Shown here: piece after piece, positions 52,938 to 62,309 of the stretch
Layout of the letters: each line of letters starts with the position of its first letter
How positions within the stretch are numbered: the stretch's first letter is position 1
From: an uncultured virus (IMG/VR IMGVR_UViG_3300023179_000084)
Lineage: Duplodnaviria > Heunggongvirae > Uroviricota > Caudoviricetes
Reading direction: 5' to 3' (one strand)
Virus record (IMG/VR): IMGVR_UViG_3300023179_000084
DNA length: 64,000 nucleotides
Translations under genes and position numbers: made by a program
The notes under the pieces: model-generated
The model's database searches: none
Seen by the model: the letters and a program-made list of their open reading frames with translations, nothing else
What the model was told of the DNA's origin: nothing

Positions 52938-53139
52938 AAAGCTTTTTAGCCTGTTCTACTACTTCATCCATAGTATACATTTTAGGCATAAATTCTTTAT
53001 ATTGTTCTTGAGCTTTTAAGCCATTTTTAAGAGCAGTATCAAAAGCTTGTCTAGCAAACTCTGTGTTGATTTCAAACTGCTTGTCTAAGTAATTTTTGCT
53101 CATCTCTAAAAGTTGAGCACGAATTTCGAAAGGATTCAT
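52915..53139 (-). CDS. Small conserved phage protein
   Basis: MNPFEIRAQLLEMSKNYL...PKMY...AKKLYGFV; RBS GGAG. Confidence 0.65.
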   Translation of the reverse strand: MNPFEIRAQLLEMSKNYLDKQFEINTEFARQAFDTALKNGLKAQEQYKEFMPKMYTMDEVVEQAKKLYGFVNSK

Positions 53140-53564
53140 TTTTGTCTCCGTGTGTGTATGTCATCAATAAATACAATTAAAAGAGCAGCTGCTAAAAGTA
53201 ATAAACATGTACCAATATTCATTTTAGCATTAACTGTTGAGCTTTGCGCCAATTACCACTGCAAGTCAATTGACTAGCTAGTAATGCTTGACAAACTATT
53301 GTAAACCAATTCATTGTAAACTCCTGTGTGTTATACCAGTTTTTGACTAGACTGGTAACTAGTATACTTACATTTTACCTGGTTTAGGTTTTTTAGCTGG
53401 TTTTGCTGGCTCTTTGTAAGGTTTTGTTGCCATAGTTTGCTCCTTATTATTTTCTCTAGCATGTATAGCGCGTTCAGCAGCTTGACAACTTTCTAGTGTA
53501 TCAAACTGACAGTTACCGCGTTGTCCATATTTATACTTACCATTACTACATTTATAGCAAGGCA

Positions 53565-53879
53565 TTATAATGCCTCAATTTTAGTTAATATACTTACTTT
53601 ATGCCCTACAATAGTATCTGTAGGTTTATATACACCACTACTATTTGGTCTATATACACGAATAAGTGCACCAGGATCATCTTTGGTACCAGTAATTTTA
53701 AAACTACTGCCTGGTATTTGCTCTTCACCACTAGTAATTATTCTAGTAACTTTACCACGTGCTGTACCACCACTACTTGACCAACTTACACTATCACCAC
53801 GTTTTATGGTTCCAGCCTTAGCTTTTTCAAGTTGATTTATAAGCATATTATAGAATTCTAGTTCATATAGTTTATTCAT
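53565..53879 (-). CDS. DUF2945/Tudor-like domain protein
   Basis: GDSVSWSSSGGTARGKV...GHK. Confidence 0.6.
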   Translation of the reverse strand: MNKLYELEFYNMLINQLEKAKAGTIKRGDSVSWSSSGGTARGKVTRIITSGEEQIPGSSFKITGTKDDPGALIRVYRPNSSGVYKPTDTIVGHKVSILTKIEAL

Positions 53880-53893
53880 AATGATACTTCCTA

Positions 53894-54904
53894 CTATAGA
53901 ATAGATTTAACAAACTTTTCACTAGCTAGATTTTTTTGTTTTGATTCACACATAATATCAGCCCAGTCATTATGAGTTGCTGCCCAATGATTTACTATGT
54001 TATTCCAGTAGTAATCACTATGTGCTCGCAATTTAGTTGCAGTAAAACCCAGGCTTGTAAGTAATTTGTAATCGGGTCGTTGGTCTGGGTCGTGTTCAAC
54101 CAAGACATCTTCTCTGGATACTGAATAGTGGATAACAGGTCTAACACCTCGCCACGAATCTTTAACCACTCTAATTCGTTTGTCATCTGGCTCAATGTAT
54201 TCTCCTTTACTATATATCCAATGATGGTGTATATCTAAGACTAGTGCACAGTGATCTACAAGTTCTAGGCTGTGTTCTAGTCCCCAGGTAAATTCTGCAT
54301 TTTCTATTGTTAAGATATTACGCGCTTCTTTACTTAGCTTTCTAATGGCATCAATAATCCCTTTCGGACCGCGCTTTCCTCCAATATGAACATTACACTT
54401 AAAATCTTGAAATTTATTACCATAACCCATATAGCGGGCGATGTCAGTATGATACTCAAACTCAGTAATGCTGTTATCAACAATTCCATTATTATCACTT
54501 GCTAGTACACAAAATTGTCCTGGGTGAAAACTAAGACGTACATCTTTACCTCTAGCAATATCACCCACTTTGCTAAGGTGTTTGTCTAAATAGTTAATTA
54601 CATCTGGTTGAAAATAAAACCACATCCAGTCTATATGAGTATATACTGGAAATAAATCACTGCTTATACGAAATTGACGTTGATTTTTTGGTAAATTACC
54701 TATCCACTCTATTTGTCGCTTTAGTACTTCACAGTTGTTATGTATAATTGTCCAGAGTTTTTCTACGGCTTTGTCTTTAGTTTGATTGTTTAAATAGGTT
54801 AATGTAGTTGTAGTTGTATTTAATTTTTTATCTGCTTTATCGTGACTAGTTTGAATTTTACAAGCAAATCCAATTCTTTTTATATTTTGATCAAATGTGT
54901 GCAT
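53894..54904 (-). CDS. uvsE: UV damage endonuclease
   Basis: RIGFACK, FRISSD, RLSFHPGQF, IEN, DIHHH, AHSDY, MCESK. Confidence 0.9.
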   Translation of the reverse strand: MHTFDQNIKRIGFACKIQTSHDKADKKLNTTTTTLTYLNNQTKDKAVEKLWTIIHNNCEVLKRQIEWIGNLPKNQRQFRISSDLFPVYTHIDWMWFYFQPDVINYLDKHLSKVGDIARGKDVRLSFHPGQFCVLASDNNGIVDNSITEFEYHTDIARYMGYGNKFQDFKCNVHIGGKRGPKGIIDAIRKLSKEARNILTIENAEFTWGLEHSLELVDHCALVLDIHHHWIYSKGEYIEPDDKRIRVVKDSWRGVRPVIHYSVSREDVLVEHDPDQRPDYKLLTSLGFTATKLRAHSDYYWNNIVNHWAATHNDWADIMCESKQKNLASEKFVKSIL

Positions 54905-55077
54905 TATTGCGGCCAACGATTGATTGGACACACATTATTTAATTTTTTAGCATAAATCATTATTAATTTTTCTGTTTGTTGACAAGTATCCATTATTTTA
55001 TTATAGCTAGTACAAAAACTACAAATTTTTGTACGAACTTCAAATAGTGAAGGTTGTTGTGGTTGATTAATATTCAT
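54904..55077 (-). CDS. Small Cys protein (DUF6171-like)
   Basis: R..IC..C...C...K...CPINRW. Confidence 0.55.
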   Translation of the reverse strand: MNINQPQQPSLFEVRTKICSFCTSYNKIMDTCQQTEKLIMIYAKKLNNVCPINRWPQ

Positions 55078-55083
55078 AGTATG

Positions 55084-55166
55084 TGGTACCCCAAGCGAGA
55101 CTCGAACTCGCATGCTAAAGCACTGGAACCTAAATCCAGCGTGTCTACCAATTCCACCATCGGGGC
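55084..55166 (-). tRNA. tRNA-Leu (TAG)
   Basis: CTGGATTTAGGTTCCAG anticodon arm; variable arm; CCA. Confidence 0.92.
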
Positions 55167-55167
55167 A

Positions 55168-55362
55168 CTATTTTAGTGATTCTTTATATCGTTTAATATA
55201 TTCACTATCTAAACTAGCATATTGACGAAATTTTTCTTTACCATACTTGTCGTAGTCGTGGTAGGCATCTTGTTCTAGTTTAACTAATTTTTCTATACTA
55301 AGAGCTTTAAGAAATCGCCATAAGTAAGCGTCTACTAAAAATTCACGTGTATATCCAGCCAT
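55168..55362 (-). CDS. Hypothetical protein
   Basis: ORF with AGGAG RBS. Confidence 0.6.
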   Translation of the reverse strand: MAGYTREFLVDAYLWRFLKALSIEKLVKLEQDAYHDYDKYGKEKFRQYASLDSEYIKRYKESLK

Positions 55363-55386
55363 GTCAAACTCCTATAATAATTATAT

Positions 55387-55415
55387 ATTATACTACTATT
55401 ATAGTTATTTGTCAA
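55387..55415 (-). promoter_or_regulatory. sigma70 consensus promoter
   Basis: TTGACA-17-TATAAT. Confidence 0.85.
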
Positions 55416-55417
55416 GT

Positions 55418-55597
55418 TTATAATTCTTTGTTCCATTTATGAATAGGACAATGCACTTGACGTAATTTTACTTTTAATGGCATAAAACATCCACATTTAG
55501 TACATATCAATGCTTTATAGTGCTCACACTCTTTGCAAATATTTATTCTTTTTATAGAGAATGTTTCTAAGTCTTTATCTTCTGATGATATATTCAT
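55418..55597 (-). CDS. Small Cys protein (DUF6171-like), paralog of 54904..55077
   Basis: RINICKECEH...CTKCGCFMPLK...CPIHKW. Confidence 0.6.
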   Translation of the reverse strand: MNISSEDKDLETFSIKRINICKECEHYKALICTKCGCFMPLKVKLRQVHCPIHKWNKEL

Positions 55598-55607
55598 AGT
55601 ATATTAT

Positions 55608-55823
55608 CTATAATCCTATTAGTTTTGCACAAGTAGTACAAATAGGATTTTCATCTAAATCAGGTATAAGCTTAGTAGACCATATGCCACAGTGTGTACA
55701 TTGATCTATATGTTTTGTTAATTGTTCTAAATCTAAGCCATTTATATCTATATCAAGCTCATTGCAAACTTCATATAGTGATTTATAGGTTTTATTTAGA
55801 TTTGTTTTTAGTTGTTGATACAT
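55608..55823 (-). CDS. Small zinc-finger protein
   Basis: CTHC...CTTC. Confidence 0.55.
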   Translation of the reverse strand: MYQQLKTNLNKTYKSLYEVCNELDIDINGLDLEQLTKHIDQCTHCGIWSTKLIPDLDENPICTTCAKLIGL

Positions 55824-56463
55824 CTACTTTATAACGATCATCTAACTCTTTATGAGTTTTTTCAAATTCTAGTAAAAACATAATGCAACACATAGCATGT
55901 GCTAGATGACTTAATCCTGACTCAGGATCTTTATCTTCACCATCATTAAATGCCATAATATGTCGCATTGCTGCAGCTAAGGGTCTACTCCAAGCAAATC
56001 CACTACGCCAGTTATGTTCTGAATATTTATCAGCACCAAATTTCATTACTGCTGCTGTTTGTAGTAATGCTTCACTACTTAATAAATTAACTGGTAACTT
56101 ATCACTATCAAATTTTAATGCACTATTTGTGTTTTTTAATGTATCACTAGTGCTACTATTGAAAAAACTATTCCAAGTACCATTTATATTATAAGTTGGA
56201 TCTGTATTTGTTATCATAGTAGGTTGTGCACCATAATTATTTAAATCAATACTATTGGTAGTATTGATTGATATACTACTAATTGTATTTATATCTTGAG
56301 TAGTTAGTGTGGGAATTGTAATTGTTTCAAATACTGCACATTCATATCCAGGATGATAAGGAGCTTCTTCAACTAAGCGCTTACCTTCTGGACTATTAGC
56401 TGCTGGTACGGTTTGATTAAAAAATAAATTTAATTCTTGTTGCTCTGGTTCTAGTTTGGGCAT
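55792..56463 (-). CDS. dATP/dGTP diphosphohydrolase domain (DUF5664-like) protein
   Basis: KFDSDK...FGADKY...NW..G...DPESGLSHLAHA. Confidence 0.75.
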   Translation of the reverse strand: MPKLEPEQQELNLFFNQTVPAANSPEGKRLVEEAPYHPGYECAVFETITIPTLTTQDINTISSISINTTNSIDLNNYGAQPTMITNTDPTYNINGTWNSFFNSSTSDTLKNTNSALKFDSDKLPVNLLSSEALLQTAAVMKFGADKYSEHNWRSGFAWSRPLAAAMRHIMAFNDGEDKDPESGLSHLAHAMCCIMFLLEFEKTHKELDDRYKVDVSTTKNKSK

Positions 56464-56493
56464 AGTAGTAAAAGGGGGCACTAGCCCCCTGGT

Positions 56494-56895
56494 TTAGTTG
56501 ATTGTAATTTGTTTAGGTTTTTTACTTTCAGGTAATTGATGCTCTAAGTAAATATTAAGCATACCATCCTTATAGTCTGCATATTTAATTTTAATATGAT
56601 CTTGTAAATACAAGCTCTTCTCAAAATTACGCATTGCTAATCCTCTATAGAGATAATACTTATCTCCCTGTTCCTGTTTACGGCCACGGATTGTCAATGT
56701 GTTCTCGTGAAGTTCTACAGTTAACTCGTCCCTGCTAAATCCAGCAGCGGCTAACTCTACAAGCCAGTTACTTTCATCAATTTTTACAATATTGTGTGGA
56801 GGATAAGTTTTTGTTGTTGCGCGAACATTATCCAGTTGATTAAAGATTCTGTCGAATCCAATTAATGCATGATTAACTAAATCTAATTGTGTCAT
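56494..56895 (-). CDS. Small heat shock protein (Hsp20/IbpA-like)
   Basis: YPPHNI, ELAAAGF, YLYRGLAMRNF, DGML. Confidence 0.92.
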   Translation of the reverse strand: MTQLDLVNHALIGFDRIFNQLDNVRATTKTYPPHNIVKIDESNWLVELAAAGFSRDELTVELHENTLTIRGRKQEQGDKYYLYRGLAMRNFEKSLYLQDHIKIKYADYKDGMLNIYLEHQLPESKKPKQITIN

Positions 56896-56902
56896 AAAAT
56901 TT

Positions 56903-56922
56903 CTCCTTAAGTTTCAAGCGAG
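56903..56922 (-). promoter_or_regulatory. ROSE-like RNA thermometer hairpin
   Basis: CUCGCUUGA-AAC-UUAAGGAG pairs the SD with a bulged G. Confidence 0.65.
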
Positions 56923-57114
56923 TTGTTATAGAGGTGTTTTACTAGCTTACCTCCTAGCTAGCCTCTGATTTTTGGGCAACCTGCAGTAACAGGGTTTTTA
57001 ATCCCGGCATCTAGTTGTCCCGATGTTATTACTGTAACCATCTTTGATACTAGATTTAGGCTTGTTGAGTTGTTTTATTATGCGTAGTCAACGGCCAAAC
57101 ACTACGTATTTAAT

Positions 57115-57143
57115 ATTATAACCTTAATAACAAAATTTTTCAA
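57115..57143 (-). promoter_or_regulatory. sigma70-type promoter
   Basis: TTGAAA-17-TATAAT. Confidence 0.75.
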
Positions 57144-57337
57144 GATAAGTTTTTTCTAGGTTTTAAAAGTGCGCCGCAGTCTTTGTTGTGTTTAATTTCT
57201 CTAACTATATCACTATTAATTGGTCCTTTTGCTAATGGACTAAAAGGATATCTACGGCAATAATCTTCGTATGCAGGTAAAAGTGTATTTACCACTAATT
57301 GTTCTAGTTCTGCTGTATAATTAATAATTTTAGACAT
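57140..57337 (-). CDS. Hypothetical protein
   Basis: GGAGG RBS. Confidence 0.55.
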   Translation of the reverse strand: MSKIINYTAELEQLVVNTLLPAYEDYCRRYPFSPLAKGPINSDIVREIKHNKDCGALLKPRKNLS

Positions 57338-57356
57338 AATATCCTCCATTTCACAT

Positions 57357-57458
57357 ATTATAACAGCTTAATCATCTATTTACAAGTGTATTTTTTTATA
57401 GTTTGGCGCAACGTTGACTATAATTTAACTTGAAAAAATTTTGCCTAAGTGATAAAAT
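57357..57458. promoter_or_regulatory. Divergent promoter pair at the strand switch
   Basis: - strand TTGTAA-17-TATAAT (57385-57357); + strand TTGAAA-17-TAAAAT (57430-57458). Confidence 0.7.
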
Positions 57459-57492
57459 TAAATTATTACAATTTTATTACAAAGGAATTTAA

Positions 57493-57972
57493 TTGAAACT
57501 ATCTAGTACAATATTATTATTGTTACTGGTGCTTAGTTTATCTTTTCCTAATATATTATTAAATCCAACAAAACCTATAAACAATAACTATAAAATAAAA
57601 CATGATATAACACAATTAAATTGTTTAGCTAAAAATATATATTATGAAGCTTTAGGAGAAGGTTTACTTGGTAAAATTGCTGTAGCACAAGTAACCCTAA
57701 ATCGCGTAATTCACCAGCAGGAGTTTAATAAAACTATTTGTGGTGTAGTATACCAAAAAGACCAATTTAGTTGGACTAGTAGTAAGCATAGAATTATTAA
57801 AGACTACAAACAGTGGGAGGAAGCAAAATATATTGCTATTGGTGTTTTACAAGGTAAGCTATTTTTAGAAAACTTTGAAGCACTATATTTTCATGCTAAT
57901 TATATTAAACCGCCGTGGAGAAATAGTAAACAATATATAACTACTATAGGTAAACACATATTTTATTTGTAA
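57493..57972 (+). CDS. Cell wall hydrolase (SleB / Hydrolase_2)
   Basis: CLAKNIYYEA.GE, AVAQVTLNRV, QFSW, ALYFHA, IGKHIFY; signal peptide. Confidence 0.9.
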   Translation: MKLSSTILLLLLVLSLSFPNILLNPTKPINNNYKIKHDITQLNCLAKNIYYEALGEGLLGKIAVAQVTLNRVIHQQEFNKTICGVVYQKDQFSWTSSKHRIIKDYKQWEEAKYIAIGVLQGKLFLENFEALYFHANYIKPPWRNSKQYITTIGKHIFYL

Positions 57973-58057
57973 GTTTGGGGTAGCAACTTAATTTTACAGT
58001 TGCTACCCTTTTGCATTTATGATATAATTAATACTATTAATAACTTATTTAACCAAT

Positions 58058-58723
58058 ATGAATTCAGCACAAATTTGGTGGTCAACACCATACATAGATA
58101 AAACTATAGCACAAATTGCTCGTGTAAGTAATCCGCAAAATCAATTAAATAGTGAATATAAAAAGCTTCTAGAATACATGCTACGTTGCGGTCATGTTAG
58201 TCCATTTGAAATGGCTAATGTTTGCATGGAAATTAATACTACTAGAGATATTGCTCGCCAAATCTTACGACATCGTTCATTTAGTTTTCAAGAATTTTCT
58301 CAACGCTATCAAACTATTGAAGTATTAGGTAGTTTAGATACTAATCGTGAGCCACGACTACAAGATACGCGTAATAGACAAAATAGTATTAAACTAGACT
58401 ATACCAATGATAGTGATTGCGTACTAGCCGCACAGTGGGAATATAGACTAAAGTCTATAGCAGAAGATATACAACGGCACTATGACTGGGCCATTAGTAG
58501 TGGTATAGCTAAGGAACAAGCACGCGCTATTTTACCAGAAGGTTTAACTCCTAGTCGTATGTATATGAATGGCACCATACGTAGTTGGATTTTTTATTTA
58601 AAACAACGACTAGATCCTAGTACACAGTTTGAACATCGTCAAGTTGCTGAAAGTGCCTTAGAACAATTAAAACTAGTAGCCCCTGTAACTATGGCTGCAT
58701 TTTTTCCAGAGGAATCTACATGA
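58058..58723 (+). CDS. thyX: Flavin-dependent thymidylate synthase
   Basis: GHVSPFE, RHRSFSFQEFSQRY, KEQARAILP. Confidence 0.95.
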   Translation: MNSAQIWWSTPYIDKTIAQIARVSNPQNQLNSEYKKLLEYMLRCGHVSPFEMANVCMEINTTRDIARQILRHRSFSFQEFSQRYQTIEVLGSLDTNREPRLQDTRNRQNSIKLDYTNDSDCVLAAQWEYRLKSIAEDIQRHYDWAISSGIAKEQARAILPEGLTPSRMYMNGTIRSWIFYLKQRLDPSTQFEHRQVAESALEQLKLVAPVTMAAFFPEEST

Positions 58724-59103
58724 ATGTAATCTTATACACTCTAGATTTTGAACCAATTATAGTAGTTGATTTACCAATGTGGATGCTTGATCATGTTGAT
58801 AGATATGGTGGCTGTATGGTATCTGTTAAACGCCCAATTACTAAAAATTTTGTTGAACAAGTAGCAATTGGTACGGTTAAGGGTCCTGAGTGTGTAACTA
58901 TTAGACAAGCTAAATTAAAGTGGCACGATGGTAGTATTAAAACTATACTAGTTACAGAAGATGAAGAATTAGCACTATCACTTAAGCCAGAGTGGTTACC
59001 TGGACAAAGATTACAGGTACAAAATTATGAAACAGCTATTGATTTTTTAGGTAAAGCTCTTAAAAAAGAATTAAAGAAAAATAATCTTGACGATAATCTA
59101 TAA
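58720..59103 (+). CDS. Hypothetical protein
   Basis: ORF. Confidence 0.55.
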   Translation: MNVILYTLDFEPIIVVDLPMWMLDHVDRYGGCMVSVKRPITKNFVEQVAIGTVKGPECVTIRQAKLKWHDGSIKTILVTEDEELALSLKPEWLPGQRLQVQNYETAIDFLGKALKKELKKNNLDDNL

Positions 59104-59115
59104 ATCAGTTATAAT
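59087..59115 (+). promoter_or_regulatory. sigma70-type promoter
   Basis: TTGACG-17-TATAAT. Confidence 0.75.
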
Positions 59116-59139
59116 ATATCTTTATTTATTGGATATATA

Positions 59140-59367
59140 ATGGCTAAACCTCGTAGCATACTAAAACTTAACTTACCAAAAATTCCAGTAAATCGTGATA
59201 CTAAGCATATTCCTAGTCGCGATAGTGGTAGTGGTATAGGTGCTCGTAAGAATACTCCTATTTATACAGGGGGTAATATTATTGGTATTGGTACACTACA
59301 TAAATCAAATGCTATACCTATTTTTAGTGAACAAGAAGCCAAAGATATTTCAGCAATGCGGAGATAA
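59140..59367 (+). CDS. Small conserved phage protein
   Basis: YTG..IIGIGTLHKSNAIPIF motif. Confidence 0.65.
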   Translation: MAKPRSILKLNLPKIPVNRDTKHIPSRDSGSGIGARKNTPIYTGGNIIGIGTLHKSNAIPIFSEQEAKDISAMRR

Positions 59368-59368
59368 C

Positions 59369-59554
59369 ATGAAACTAACTAGAAAACAGATTGAGCAGCT
59401 ATGTGAGATTGCAGATCACTTTCAAGATATAGAATTATTTGAACTTGAAGAAAGCATACTATCAGGTATAGGCCCAATGATAAGTGTTAAGTTTAGTTTA
59501 TTTGGTAAAAAACCAGATACTAGTGTAGATATAACGGATGTTGGGAGTTGGTAG
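59369..59554 (+). CDS. Hypothetical protein
   Basis: GGAG RBS; DITDVGSW. Confidence 0.55.
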   Translation: MKLTRKQIEQLCEIADHFQDIELFELEESILSGIGPMISVKFSLFGKKPDTSVDITDVGSW

Positions 59555-59756
59555 TGAACATTAAAATTCAACAAGAGTTTATAAAATGGTACTTTCATAA
59601 ACCATTTCCTAACTATGATAGCAGCAATAATCGCAATAGTTTTTTAAATCAATTTTTAGATAATAATGTTAATTTTAATAGTGATACACTAAGATATTGG
59701 CTAGAACTAGCATTTCACGAAGGTGCTAAAGCGCAACAAAATCTTGAGAAATAAAA

Positions 59757-60029
59757 ATGTGGAAAACTAATTTAGCAAACGATCACCTAGAAGAAATTAA
59801 TCAGCGACTTAAATTATTAGAGGAAGCTGTTATGGAAATTAAAAATACACTTAGAGTACAGCCTATACAACCAGTAAAACCTGTAAATAATCTACCTAAA
59901 ACTTGTACTAGTTGTGGTATGGCACTAGATAAAATTACAGGATTTATTTGTAATATTTATCCGTGTCCATCAGGACTAGGATACGGCGAAAAATTACCGG
60001 AATATAAATTTAACAGAGAACAAGCATGA
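59757..60029 (+). CDS. Hypothetical zinc-ribbon protein
   Basis: CTSC...C...CP. Confidence 0.55.
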   Translation: MWKTNLANDHLEEINQRLKLLEEAVMEIKNTLRVQPIQPVKPVNNLPKTCTSCGMALDKITGFICNIYPCPSGLGYGEKLPEYKFNREQA

Positions 60030-60661
60030 AAGTAATTATTGGCCCTTACAAAAGTTGGTTTGGCCCCTATCAGCTAGCAGATGCACTCATCTTTTGGCAA
60101 AAGGATAGTGACGAGTGTGTATGGGCTAATCGTGCACAAAAATTAGGCGACTTTTTTGCACATGGTTTTAGTGGTGAAAATCACGAAACTTGGTTTTATA
60201 AATTGTGCAATTGGATTGATAAGCGTCGTAGCAGACACATCTATGTTAGAATTGATAAGTGGGATACTTGGTCAATGGATCATACACTAGCCCATATCAT
60301 TTTACCAATGCTTAAACAGCTTAATGCAACTAAGCATGGTGCTCCGCTGATAGATGATAGTGATGTGCCTGTGGAATTGCAGAGTATTAGTGCCGAACCT
60401 AAACAGGATGAAAATGATGTTGACAGCAATCACTTTAAGCGCTGGGATTGGGTTCTTGGTGAGATGATCTGGGCGTTTGAACAGCAGGTTAAGGATGACG
60501 ATACTGATGAGTTCTATACTCATCCTACTGAGCGTTTTAGTAGCTTGCAAGAAATGATTGATAATATCAAAGTTGATCGTACTGGTCTTGAACAACATCA
60601 AGCTCGCAAAGCAAATGGCTTTCGTTTATTTGGTAAATACTATCAAGCATTGTGGGATTAA
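60026..60661 (+). CDS. Conserved phage protein
   Basis: WDTWSMDHTLA...RWDWVLGEMIWAFE...FGKYYQALWD. Confidence 0.65.
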   Translation: MKVIIGPYKSWFGPYQLADALIFWQKDSDECVWANRAQKLGDFFAHGFSGENHETWFYKLCNWIDKRRSRHIYVRIDKWDTWSMDHTLAHIILPMLKQLNATKHGAPLIDDSDVPVELQSISAEPKQDENDVDSNHFKRWDWVLGEMIWAFEQQVKDDDTDEFYTHPTERFSSLQEMIDNIKVDRTGLEQHQARKANGFRLFGKYYQALWD

Positions 60662-60836
60662 TTATGAACTTAATAACACTACTTATAATCTTTTTTTCAC
60701 TAGTAGTAATTATTGTTAGGCGAATAAACGCTACACAACAAGAACAACGAAGTTGGATTGATGCGGCATATACAAAACCTAATCTACACCAATATGCAGG
60801 TTATTGGCAGTGGCCTAAAAGCTAAAAAGTTTATAC

Positions 60837-60865
60837 TTGACATATAATCCTAGTCATAGTACAAT
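60837..60865 (+). promoter_or_regulatory. sigma70-type promoter
   Basis: TTGACA-17-TACAAT. Confidence 0.75.
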
Positions 60866-60890
60866 ATTATATTGATTAGGAAAACAAACC

Positions 60891-61508
60891 ATGAAAACTG
60901 TAAAAATTTTCGTACATGATCCCATTATAGAACTAGACTGTGCACACGCACTTGCATCAGCACTTAAGCCAACCTTTAAGGTACAAATGCTTACCTTAGA
61001 CACTTTACAAGACGGCATTTGGGATGCAGATATATTTGCCATAGGCGGTGGTATTGGTGATAGTGATATGTTTGACCAACTATTTACACAAGAACATAAA
61101 GATACTATCAAACAGTATATGCATGATGGTGGTAAATACCTAGGCATTTGCATGGGTGCTTACTGGGCCGATAAACTTTACTTTGATCTGACCACTATGT
61201 GTGTTAGACAGTATATTACTAGTAAAAATGCTGACATAAGTCATGAAAATCCTACTAGTGTTAAAGTTAACTGGTTAGGCGAAAAACATAAAATGTACTT
61301 TTATGACGGCTGCACATTTTATAACCTACCCAAAGATGCAGATGTATATGCTAGGTATTCAGCTAACGATATGCCTATGGCAGTTATTGATGGTGATGTT
61401 GGCTTGATTGGCTGTCATCCTGAATCAGAGTTTTGGTGGTTTGAAAATTTTAATCATCGTCATAATGAACTGCTACACAACTTTGCACTAAGTTTGCTCT
61501 ATAACTAA
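60891..61508 (+). CDS. BPL_N / class I glutamine amidotransferase-like protein
   Basis: GGKYLGICMGAY nucleophile elbow; HPE. Confidence 0.8.
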   Translation: MKTVKIFVHDPIIELDCAHALASALKPTFKVQMLTLDTLQDGIWDADIFAIGGGIGDSDMFDQLFTQEHKDTIKQYMHDGGKYLGICMGAYWADKLYFDLTTMCVRQYITSKNADISHENPTSVKVNWLGEKHKMYFYDGCTFYNLPKDADVYARYSANDMPMAVIDGDVGLIGCHPESEFWWFENFNHRHNELLHNFALSLLYN

Positions 61509-61509
61509 C

Positions 61510-61587
61510 ATGGGGGTGGCTGAGTGGTTCAAAGCAACGGCTTGCAAAACCGTACAATCACGGGTTCAAATCCCGTCCCCTATTCCA
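61510..61587 (+). tRNA. tRNA-Cys (GCA)
   Basis: ATGGGGG/CCCCTAT acceptor, TTGCAAA loop, U73-CCA. Confidence 0.85.
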
Positions 61588-61936
61588 GAGCTAATAGATA
61601 TGTTATACTAGAGTCACTAAGCATTGAAACACTAGTAGTAGAAGTTAATGCACTGTTACGTTTAGGCTGGCAACCACAAGGTGGTGTTGCTAAAAATGAA
61701 ACACACTATCTACAAGCAATGATACATACAGGAACACTATGAATAAGATGTGGATTGATCCGCCCTATGGATGGAGGTATGGATTTCCTAAACTATATGA
61801 TAGTGGCAAACCGCTAGATATATGGTTAATTGAAAATGGTTATCCACAGGAAGATGTAAACTTTGCACTAAATTACTTACGTACCTGGCCACAAGCTACA
61901 GATAAAGTACCTGTTTAAACCTTAAAAATTATTTAT

Positions 61937-61965
61937 TTGACTAATAACTGGGTTGTGTGTATAAT
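61937..61965 (+). promoter_or_regulatory. sigma70-type promoter
   Basis: TTGACT-17-TATAAT. Confidence 0.8.
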
Positions 61966-62003
61966 ATATATATTGATTGATACACAACCCACAAGGAAAA
62001 CAA

Positions 62004-62309
62004 ATGGAAAACAAAGCACAAAACTATACACCAGAACAAACCAAAATGATTGTTGAACAGTATCAAAGTGGAACTCCTGTTGAGCAAATTGCCGAAATGC
62101 TTGGTAAAAGTACTCGTTCAATTGTAGCTAAACTTAGCCGCGAAGGTGTTTATGTGGCTAAAAGCAAACAAGCACAGCCGCGTGTTAAGAAGTCAGAGCT
62201 TGTTGAGCGTATTGCGGCCGCAGTAGGTGTTCCTAGCGAACTCTTTGAAAGTTTAGAGAAAGCTAACTTTGAGGTTCTTGAGCATCTTGCTAACAAGCTG
62301 GGTGTTTAA
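62004..62309 (+). CDS. T5 A2-like DNA-binding protein
   Basis: RSIVAKLSREGVY...KSELVERIA...ESLEKA. Confidence 0.6.
   Translation: MENKAQNYTPEQTKMIVEQYQSGTPVEQIAEMLGKSTRSIVAKLSREGVYVAKSKQAQPRVKKSELVERIAAAVGVPSELFESLEKANFEVLEHLANKLGV

Noticed and set aside
61524..61587. 5' part of ORF 61524..61742 (also ORF starts at 55113 and 15230)
   Set aside because: These overlap tRNA genes or an upstream ORF; the true starts are downstream.
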